Assembly (NCBI GenBank): GCA_048128005.1
Contig: JBEUKZ010000084.1
Location: 62,001 to 126,000, forward strand
Length of the DNA stretch: 64,000 nt
Origin: Veleropilina oligotropha
Taxonomy: Eukaryota
Reading direction: 5' to 3'
The notes beneath the pieces were generated by a model. The model was not told the origin of the DNA, ran no database searches, and saw nothing but the letters and a program-made list of their open reading frames with translations. Shown here in pieces: positions 45,201 to 57,200 of this stretch. Every line of letters begins with the position of its first letter. Position 1 is the stretch's first letter. Position numbers and translations under genes: made by a program.

Positions 45201-48200
45201 CAGCAATGGTGAGTTACCTGACAAGCGTAGGATGAAGTGACTGGTTAGATTGACAATTCAAATTATTGTGGAGGGAAAGCCTGGTCACCTGGGAAATGTA
45301 GCTGCATGACCATCCAATTATGGACAACTGTAACCGTTAAATCCACAAGTCGAGGGTTCTAACCCACTCCTGCAAAGTGGCGAAGTCAGTGTGGTTGTAC
45401 GGAGATCAGTGTTCATGCCCACTCAATCAGACTTTATTGAGGTAACAATCACAGTGGTACACTGGGCATGTTATGCCGATTAACTGGGCTGTCCTCTCAC
45501 GATAATATGGACAGAATGTTGATAATTATGACCTCATTAAAGGGTGTTAAAACGGATATTAAACACTGATCTAACCCGGCATTGCTAACTTTTCTCTAAA
45601 GTCAGATGCATATTTTAGCCAGAAATTCCCACCATCCCGCTTAATAGCATTTTCCCGACGCTTTACCAGTTGACCATCGATGAAAGTACAGCTAATAAAG
45701 TATAATATGTTGATGTTTGCTATCAATCTGCTTTTATATAATATGATGCCTGGCTTGTGTAGAATTATATGACCGTACCCTGCTTGTTTCAGACTCATAT
45801 TGAGAAGGGGAACGACTTGTTAGAGGAGGCCAGCATGCTAACACAGTCAGGAAACTTCGATGAAGCTACTGGCTATAAAGATCTGGCACGCATACTGAAG
45901 CGCCACCTGCAGGATTTCACAGGAAGGCTAGAAACAACAAAGGACAAAATTGAAGACACTGCTAAATGTTACGGTTTACTGGATAAGGTAGGATACATGT
46001 ATAATTTGTATATGTAGAATGGTAGAAATTTGTATCAGAATAGCTCGTTTTTTATTTATATATATTACCTACTGTACTAATAATTATGCGAGTGATATTA
46101 AACATATCCATCAATGTTTTTTGTGCTCAAATGTATATTGTTATACAGTGGAACCCGCTTATTTGCATAGCGAGATTGTCCCGATTATTTATGCGATAAT
46201 CCGGATTATGCGTTTAACCGTTTTAACCAAATTGGTAAATTTCGGAAATTATTTTTCGCCGGAAATCATCGACGATAATTACTTGTATTTAAAATAGTTC
46301 TGGTAATAAATTTATTTGTAAATCATACTAAATGTATTTTTCCTTCCATAAAATTATAAATACGGATTGTTATATTTGTTAAATTGTATACACAATATTT
46401 TGTGGTTATTGTGACCTGAAGGTGATTGGCCTGTTTCAGTAGAATTGATATAGGTTTCGAAAGCGTATCGTCGCGTTTCATACATTACTGTGATGTGGAA
46501 ATTCATTTTCAGAACGTTTCTCTTCTGCTGAACACGTGTCGCGTTATTGGCCGCCATGTTGAAATATTAGCCTGTTTTAATCTCGAATCGATTTTTGTTT
46601 ACAGTTATTGAATAATTATTTCTGGAGAGATTTAATTATTACAGTACATTATGATTTGATATAAAAAACATTATAAGACGTTGTCTTCATATAAAATTAA
46701 AATAATAATTAAATCACCCTAGTTCGCAAGAGGCAACGTATTCTCAAAAACTAGATCAGGGGAGATAATACTTCTCATTTTGTAGGATCAGTCGTGTTAA
46801 TTGTTACAAATGTTGTTGTTATCTTAGAATTATGTAATTTATCGGAGAACTAAGTGCTGTTCGTGTGAATAGATGTAATGACACCGTTTACTTTGATTCA
46901 CAAGCCTAATCTTCGATTTTGCGTTCAGATATAAACTCAACAGTCTGTCATTTGGATTCTGGACAATAGATTTTTAATCCCCTTTAATCCGTTTCTCGTG
47001 TCACGGTGTGTGACTTCGCAACTTCAAAAATCAGACAAAGGCGATCGTTTATAGACCTAATTTAGCAAAACACAAGTATCCCTTTTGATGCCGACACAAC
47101 GCTGGGCCTTCTTCATTTTATCGATCGATAATTTCCCCGACAGACATCGCTCATTTCCGTAACATTTCTGCACTGAAACGATGTTTACCGAACTTTCAGT
47201 TCCGACTTTTTCCGGAAGTAAAATTATTTTGGAAACCACGAGGTTGCAGAAATGGTTCAAACTTCGAATGTTACTGTTGAATAAACATCTTTATGATGGC
47301 GTTGCAAGACATACTGGCAAATACGCAAGTATTTTGATCAATTTAGCGATTTTATTATCAATTATGTATTGTTTTGTCGAAAATTTCTTATGCAAATAAG
47401 CGGGAATCGAATAATTATCCATGCGATTAACCGAATATTTGCATATGATAATAATAGTAAAATATTCTGTTCCCAGAGATTATATGCAAATAACCGGATT
47501 ATGCAATTCAGCGATATGCAATTAAGTGGGTTCCACTGTACAGTTGGGTGAAGTTTCAGACACAATTACATCTTATATTTAATAAATTATTTCAAATCGA
47601 AATATTTAATCCTCATTTGAAAAATTTTGTGGCACTCATTCTGCTGTTTCACCTGCCTATTTAGTTTACAGGTTTTATCATTCTCTTCCCCTTATCAGTT
47701 GTATGAGTGGGCCTTGACAGACAGACATGCAGATAGCCTCAATACAATAGTTTCTTCGTAAACGGCTCAACTAATTAAGATATATATAGGCCTATACACG
47801 CAGGCCGCTTCGGCAGCGCAGTGGATAGAGTGTCCACTCTAAATTCGCTGGCTTGATTCCGCTAATGCGAACAGTGGTGGGTTCAATACCTGGCTGAGGC
47901 ATTGAAATTTGTTCAAGTTATGAATCACAGTTGTCCGCGACTGGCCGAAGAGGGTGGGTTTACCCGGGCGACCGGGGTTTCCTCCCGCGATAACACGGAC
48001 ATGTCCTGCCTTGAACCTCAATGTTGTAAATATACAGGACATTAAGCATCATTCCTCCCTCCTCCTCCCTTGTTTACCATTCGTTTCCTCCTTTCCATCA
48101 TACGATTGGCCCGTTTATCATCCTTTTCTGCGATGCGAGTGGGCTCTTGTTTATCATTTTCTTCTCCTTACCAGTCATACGATTGAGGCATATTTATCTT

Positions 48201-51200
48201 TCCCTTTTCAGTCATACGAGTGGGCCCTGTTTATCATTCTCCTCCACTTTTCAATCCTACGAGTGGGCCCTGTTTATCATTCTCCTCCACTTTTCCGTTC
48301 TACGAGTGGGCCCTGTGTATCATCCTCTTTCTCTTTTCAGTCGTACGAGTGGGCCCTGTGTATCATCCTCTTTCTCTTTTCAGTCGTACGAGCGGGCCCT
48401 GTGTATCCTCCTCTGTCCATTTTCAGTCGTACGAGTGAGCCCTGTTTATCATCCTCTTTTTCCTTTTCAGTCCTATGAGTGGGCCCTGTGTATCATCCTC
48501 TTTTTCCTTTTCAGTCCTACGAGTGGACCCTGTGTATCATCCTCTGTACATTTTCAGTCGTACGAGTGGGCCCTGTGTATCATCCTCCTTCCCTTTTCAG
48601 TCGTACGAACGGGGCCTGTTTATCATCGAAACGAAAGTGTCGGGGGGGATACTAGGGTTATGCGTCCATTATGCCGCATCCGTCAAGAGATTCCTCGTGA
48701 TCGCTCTAGACTGGCCGTTTCTTAACGGAATGTTTTCAAATTTGGTATGTGCATCGGTTGGGGCGAGGACACGACACCTATAGACACCTGTGGCATCCAT
48801 CTTGGATATTAAGCAAAATTATATGTGATCGCTCTAGACAAGCCATTTCTTAACGGAATGTTTTCAAATTTGATATGTGCATTGGTTGGGGCGAGGACAC
48901 GACATCTATATATTTTGGGTCACGTGACCCCAATATTTTGGCAGCCATCTTGAATTTCATTACAAAACTATTTTCTTTTATAAATTTGTTAATATTTAAC
49001 CTAGCGTGACATGATTTATATATTCAGATACCAGAGGTAATTGTATAAAATGTCATGGAATTGGATTTTTAAATTTAACTGGCGGCCATTTTGGATTTTA
49101 ATTTTAAGGGTCTTAATAAAATGGCTATATCTTGAAAATGATGAAATGTAGACACATGGTCACTATGGGTAGTCATGGTTGGGCTTTCAAATGCCACCAT
49201 GACCTTTGACCTCAGATGACCTACATTTCTCTAAATGACCTAATTAAGGAAAAATGGATATATGTGTGCCTATAATGGATAAAGTGAACTCCTATTGACG
49301 TATGCAGTCGACATTTATCAATTGTGCCAGATAAAATTGGATAGCAGGAAGTGCCTCGGCAGCCATTAAAGCATTTGTTTTAAGTAGCAATATATAAAAA
49401 ATGATGCACCGTGGACACAGTTACTATCTTTCACATGTGACCTTGACCTTTGACATCAGTTGACCTACATTGCAGGAAATGACCTAATTAAGGAAAAAAA
49501 CATTTGCCAGAAAATGGTCAGGAAATGGCCAACTCGGTTAATATTGATGCTAGAGCTTAGATATTTTAAATTAGGAAAATTAAAAAATTCGAAAAAATGG
49601 CCACCACATTTGTCTTAGAAAGGCCAGAACTCGAGACTGACGTGGTGTACAGACCTGAAATTTGCGACATTCGATTCAGACTGGCCATATGTATATATTA
49701 ATGTAATTTTTAGAAATAAAAATTTAAGGCAAACTTAAAAAAAATTATATATGCTTTTTAAAAAATATATCTTTGCAAGTAAGCACAAAACAACATATAT
49801 TTTGGGTGTGGTCTGCCCTCCAAGATGGCCACCACGACCACCATAATTGCTTGTGATTGCTCTAGTTTCTTAACGGAATGTTTTCAAATTTGGTATGTGC
49901 ATTGCTTTGGGTGGGGACACTAAACCTATAGATTTTGGGTGTGGTCCGACCTCCAAGATGGCCGCCATCTTGGATTTTAAAGCATAATTCCTTGTCATTG
50001 CTCTAGACAGGTCATTACCAGGGGATACATATGTGGTCACTCGTGACTGAGCATCTAGTTCTCTTCCACTTTTCAGTTCTACGAGTGGGCCCTGTATATA
50101 TCATCTTCTTTCCCTTTTCAGTCGTACGAGTGGGCCCTGGAGGCGATGAAGTACGTGGCCAGCATGAAGGTGGACCACCCGGTCAGTTCCGGTGGGATCC
50201 AGCGCTTACTGCAGAGTCTCAGCCAATACCTGAAGGACCATCCACCAGTCTCCATGGAAACGTTTCAAACGATGATAGACATTGCACAGAAACTTAGCAA
50301 TGACAAGTTACAGGAACAATGCAAAGTGGCAAAATCGCGGTCGGAGGAAACAAGTCAGCTACTCCTGCTTCGGCAGACTGCTTTAGGTCAGGCCCTGGAG
50401 AAACTGGAAGCTGAACATTCAGACTCCTTTACGAGTGCTTCCAGCAGCCCTAAAAGCAATACTTCAATGGAAGGTCATGTCTGGAATCCTCAATCTATGA
50501 GTACCCCCTCAAGTGTTCAGAATTCTCAGTGTCGTAGACGGGAAATCTCACCAGTGCATTCCTTTGACAGTTCAAGTAGTTCCCAGTCATTAACAAATTA
50601 TCAATATAAAGACAAATTATATAACAACGGTTCACTAACTGAGGAAGTGTCAGAAAATTTTGGGGCATCTATACAAAAAGACTCGTCAGATACTAAATCC
50701 ATGTGTTCACAGCAATCGCTAGACTCAGAAAAGAGCTCGTCTAAATCAAGTACGCATTCCTTTGAGTCTGCATCGTCACATAGTGCTACCCATCATAAAA
50801 TGGTGCAAAGAGCGATTACTTTACCAGTAATAAATTCCACGATACTGGAGGAATGTGCGCAAGTCGAAAGTTTAGACAGAAAGAAACATAGTTCGACTTC
50901 TGATGCCTCAGATCGACTGCCAAGGTTAGTGGCTTTTGTAACCAATTAATTTCTCTATTACATGTAACTGAAAATACTCTAATGATGTTATCAGTATTGT
51001 GTGGATTCTGGCACATCGGAAATCTCGAGTGACGTCGTAGTTTTTGCGGTGGATTAATCAAACCACACCACCAAGTATCTATCTTTATGGAAACAGTTGT
51101 TAGTACTGTATATACAAGTTTCATTTTTAGTTGAGCTGTTTACGGAGAAACTATTATATTGAGGCTGTCTGTCTGTGTGGTGGTGTATGTCCACAATGAC

Positions 51201-54200
51201 TTTATTATGGCACAACTATGCTTCCTCTCGTATGCGCTTGTTTGTTACTAGCTTAATGCCAGATATGTACTAAATTAAAATGCCTTGGGGATTTTGATGG
51301 ACAGCACACTATACAATTTTATCTGCATGAAATATTGTTGAAGTAAAATAAAATTGAATGCGAATAATGCATGATCGATAACAATGAATTTGTTGCCTGC
51401 CATTTTAGTTGCTGTCATGGTGTTTGTGTTCTTCTGTAGAAATCTCTACCATATTATGACGGAGATGATCCAGACGGAGCGGAACTACGTCAAGGCGCTG
51501 CAGTACGTCATCGATTACTACATCCCTGAGCTGCAGCGGGAAGATGTCCCTCCGGCGCTGCGTGGCAGAACGCACGCGATATTCGGTAATCTGGAGAAGA
51601 TCCACCAGTTCCATCGGGAATTCTTTGTCCGCGAGGTGGAGCTCTGCGAGAAACACCCCTATCAGCTGGCCCAGTACTTCCTGCTGCATGTAAGTGACAT
51701 GTTGTATGTGAGTCGCAGTGCATGCATGACATCTGGAAGATTCAATAAAAACATTGATCGTTGATATGTCAGAGGCCGCACCGGTAGCCGAGTGGATAAG
51801 AGCGTGGGCTCTAAAGCGCTTGACTGCTCTGACTAACAGGAATGGGTTCGATTCACAGTGCGTAATATTTTAACATTGAAATCCTGCACTTCTCCCGGAA
51901 GAAGAAGAAGAAGATTCTTCGAGTGGGTATGCTTTGTCAATTAATGGTCACGGTTTCCCTAAACTGACCGGTGAGGGGGGGGTTTTACCGAGCGAACTGA
52001 ATTCATCACGAAAATATGGACCATTCCTGGTTTGAACCTGTAGGTTATTAAAAATGTGACAGTAAGCATTGACCCAAGCCAAAACAGAACATTTTGCTCA
52101 GTGACAAGTTGAAAGTGAATCATAGCACATGCATATGGAATCCATATTTCAATAATAACTGTAATCCAATAAACAATTGAGTATGTCATTCCATATATTT
52201 ACAGCTAAATAAATTATACAAAACATTGATACATCATGAATTCACATTTTCACTGAAAATTGGGATTTGTAAAAACCAGGAATATTTGATACAATACAGG
52301 ACTCAAATTCATCCTGATAATGTAAAATCAAGAAAGAGTGTTATAATATATTATAATATTGTTGTAGTTCATCAAGTAGACCAGAGTCGTAAGATTTAGT
52401 GTCGTTGACAGACATTGTACTAGCATGTTAGCTGCATATATACTATTAATTCTCTAAATATTATATTTCAGGAGAATAAATTTGCCTTGTATGCCTTGTA
52501 CAACAAAAATAAACCAAAGTCGGATGCTCTTATGTCAGAACATGGCAAGGAATTCTTTAAGGTAAGTTTTCTTTTGTCTCTAATTCAATCAGGATATGCC
52601 AAGTTTGTTAAGTAATAAATATCTTATTTGTAATTTATGTAGAGTATTTGGTATAGTCTGTCGGAAATATAAAATGTCATTCGTCAAGTGAAATATAACA
52701 TGATAGTTAATTAACAAAAAGATTTGTTGACATTCTAATCAGTGTACTTCGACTTTCTGTAGCAATATCATCACCTGTCAAAAAGTGTCCATAATTCACT
52801 GTCAGATGTGAATGGAAATTAGTTCTAGAGCGCACAACTGCTAATGTTTATGCACAATACACACCATAAGCATGATATTGGAACAATAGGAAGGACTCCT
52901 AGTTTCTTTGTTCCAGTTAGCAACCAAAACAATGAATTTACTGTGTCGCTAGCCAATGACAAAGGATTAGAGAAGTTCATAGCAACATTTCATTGGAAGG
53001 GTCGACTCCCATATATAAAGCCCATGATGCTGGTAGGGTGGGCAATTCCATGTTTCGGGGGTCGCCCAGCTTGCAATTTACGATAGACTTTCACGATGTG
53101 TGTGGCAGATAATACACTGACATGCCTCGGTGATATCCACATAACACTTCTCACTGTCGCTTGAGGCTTTATATTAGATAATTAAGCTTGGGCTGGCAGT
53201 GTATTATCTATGACATAGCCAAATGTATGTTTAGAGACTTTGCATATTCACAATGATAACATGTAGCTTCAGTTTGGTGGTCTGTATTTACTCGTGATTT
53301 TCAGAAAAAGCAGACCCAGCTGGGCGACCGCATGGACCTGTCCAGCTACCTCCTGAAGCCTGTTCAGCGGATGGGCAAGTACGCGCTGCTGCTCAAGCAG
53401 ATCCTCAAGGAGTGCCCGGAGATGGACCCCGAGTACCAGGACCTCAAGGTGTGGCCGCAACCCCAGGGGACTGTCTCAATATCTAATATCTAGAATATAT
53501 ATTCAAATACTCAAGTACTAATTACTATTACATGTATATGATCATCAGATAATGAATGGATTGATGCTTATTTCTTAATGTCCTGTATATTTACAACTAT
53601 TAGGTTCAAGGTAGGATATATTGTCGCGGAAGGAAAGCCCAGTCGCCTGGGGAAACCCGTCCTCTCCGGGAAGCTAAGAATAAATATGATTGTAAACTCA
53701 ACAAAGAAAGTTAATTCCCCAGCCGAGATTCCAACCCTCTCCTGTTAATAGACGCAATTGAACCAGTGATTTCAGTATCAGCACTTGATACCGCACGACT
53801 ATCGGGGCGGACAGATATCCAGATGAATACTAGTGATTTCGGTATCAGCACTTGATACCACACGCCTATCGGGGTGGACAGATATCCAGATGAATATTCC
53901 GTTCGAAAGTGTGGTGCCCATAATGCATGTTTAGTAAAAGTAGATTAACAGTATACAATTATTTCATGGGGTTTTGGGAACAGTTAAATTTGTTGTCATG
54001 AGGTAGTGGGGAGGATCGACAGAACTGTCGCCTGAGGCCGAAGACAACAGTTCCCTCGATCCTCCCACTACCGAGGGACAACAGTTCTCTCGATCCTCCC
54101 CACTACCGAGGGACAACTGTTTTGATCCTCCCACTACCGAGGGACAACTGTTTTGATCCTCCCACTACCGAGGGACAACTGTTTTGACTGCTCCAAAACA

Positions 54201-57200
54201 CCATGAAATAAATGTTTTATTACCTAAATAGAGGATCTCACATGAGTAGTAATGTAATATCACATTTATGAAACGAGTTTAACTAATTTTCATATTTTCC
54301 GAGGCTTGCCGAGGAAATATGAAAATTAGTTAAACGAGTTTCATAAATATGATATTACATTACTACGAGTGTGAGGTTCTATTTATCACATATTGCTCTT
54401 TGGTATGAAACAAACTACAAACACACGAAATTTCCTTACCGGCACGAAGAATCAGCAGTAGAGTGAAGGCGAAATTACGGCGAAGTGATATGTAAACAGT
54501 TTAATGCACAAGGACATCGTGTTAACTCATTACATAAATTAATAACAATGCCCTCTAAAAAGAGTGCGACAGTAGTTGATTAATTGACATTAATTAAATA
54601 ACTAACAAATATTCTATGAAACAAACGATATAACTTTATATAAACTATATTAACATATTAGAATAACAATTCTCATTAGGATTTAAAACTATCTGCTAAA
54701 AACAGTAACGCGGGATATATGTGTCGCTGACCGGTTTGAATCTGTCATTGACGTCTGCTATCGCGGAGAAGCTATGTATACGTACCTCGGGTCCTGCATA
54801 TATGTGATTGTCGCTTCTGAAATCTCATTACCTCGAAATCAGTTCCAATAATCTCTAACATGTTGTTGTTTTGTGGCCGTTGCTATAAATGTTTCCACTA
54901 TCGCCGCCATAATGTCAACATTACAAATATTGGCGGCAATCTCATTATGACATATAGTAAACAATACGTAGTAATAACAAGAAGTGCGCTCGACCTTTAG
55001 TGACACGCAGTTCTATTGGCTGCTCTAATTTCATTCATTAAATTATCCAATCACATTTCAAGCAGGCTTTAATACACGAGTCTAATACGAAGAATAAGAC
55101 ACAGTGTTGCACTATGGGAACATGACCTAGATATGTGATAATCAATAATAATACATGTATACATATAGAGGCTGAGTAATGCACTCATCACTTTGTAATA
55201 AGCAATGAAAAATTATGACATAGTCTTGGAAACCTCCGATTACGTCATAGTCAAACAACGTCATTTTTACGATATTGTCTTAACCATGCCTATAAAGGCG
55301 TGGCTAATTCAATGCACATTCGCGTCGCGCATGTAACAGTCAAAACTATTACCCCCTACGCTACGAATAGGGAAACAGTTGGAAATGACGAATAACCTTT
55401 TATATAGAGAATTAGGTAATAATACTAATTATGAGCTTGTGAACCGAATTGATTCCAATGTCATGAATCATAATAGTTGTGGGGAAAAGTAACAAAATTT
55501 GTGTAATAAGAATGTATTCTATTCACTCTGTAATGATATTGTAGGCTGCAGAACAGATGGTTCGATTCCAGCTTCGCCATGGTAATGACCTACTGGCAAT
55601 GGACTCCCTGAGAGATTGTGATGTGAGTCTTATTTCACTTTATGTCATTTTACATTTATTCATTAAGCAAATATACTACTATAAGTCGATCATTTGATGT
55701 CAGCAGTTCTCTGTCGTATTTATATTTACATTCATTAACATAGCAAGTCCTTTAACTACGATATATGCCCAAAGAAGCTGGACAAAGTCAAAAAAAATTA
55801 TATCATGTATTCTTCATCTGTTTACATATTTTGGTTTTGAGATGACATTTGTTCTTTATATCTGTGATGTTTAATAATAATAATAAACAGCTTTTAATGC
55901 AGTATAAGTGCTCGTGTAAAGAAGTTGGCATTCTGTGTGCAAGGTCATTTGTAAAGTAGGTTTATGATGCATATTAAATCAATTGACCTTGTTTCTGTTG
56001 GTCAGCATGTGTAATATTTAACGTTTCTTGTTTCAGGTTAATCTGCAGGAACAGGGTCGCCTGATAAGACAAGATCAGTTTCTCGTCTGGCAAGGAAGGA
56101 AGAAATCTTTGCGCCATGTCTTTCTGTTTGAAGAACTAGTCTTGTTCAGCAAGACGAAGAGAGGCCGCCAAGGAGGTCATGATATCTACCTGTACAAACG
56201 CAGTTTTAAGGTGCACATCTTGATAATTAGTTTGTTGCACATTTTGTATTTTAATGATGTCATGAACTACCCATAAACTGCTAATGAAACTTTTTCCATG
56301 CAGTTATCGTATATTGTATTAAATTTTCATGATTTCTGGCTTTATAATTATCTAGACCAGCTTTGAACCTTGATGTTACTCTCATTATCATCATCATATC
56401 ATGAAAGTCTCTCTTCGATTTGTAGACAGCAGATATTGGATTGACTGAGAATTACGGTGATACTGGCTACAAGTTCGAGATTTGGTTTCGCCGTCGTTCC
56501 CTTGGTGATAACTATGTCCTGCAGGCGGCTAATTCTGAGGTGAAACACTCCTGGGTGAAGGAGGTGTCAAGGCTGCTCTGGAAACAGGCGATCAGAAACA
56601 GAGGTAACCATCGCACTATAAATCAGACACATGCAACCTGCAGAATTCTAAATATCATCATCGTTTATTGCTTGTTATTTCCACATTAGAAATCAGTAAT
56701 AGATCTGATTCCTTTTCCTGGGCCACCTAGTTCCTTTCTGGTCTTGCATTTCTTCAGAGATGCTCAGCACGTCCACTGTCCCATCTATTATTGGCCATGT
56801 CTCTCTTCTATACATGACAACGCATACAGGTTTACAATTGAAATAGAAGCAAATAATACAATTATTTCAAAGAAGAAGCGACTTTTAAAAGGTAGTGTTC
56901 TGTCTGTTCTAGCTACGTAACTTGCCAGATGTACGTCACCTATGATTTGTCATTGCATGCTGTATGAATTAGTGAAATGCCCTGTTGCCAGTACCACAAA
57001 TTTTATACATCAAAAATGTTTCTCGTCTTTTTCTGCTTCAGAAGTGCGCATGAGTGAATTAGCTACAATGGGAATCGGCAGCAAGCCATGTCTGGACATC
57101 AAACCAAGCCCAGACAACATCAACGATCGCTACATCCGCCTTGGACCGAGAGGAGGTATGTATGTAATACCAAGCCACATATCTGCTTTCTTCTTAAAAT

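Noticed and set aside
47954..48783. ORFs of 102-192 aa with SYEWAL repeats
   Set aside because: By-products of the 43-bp splice-site minisatellite.
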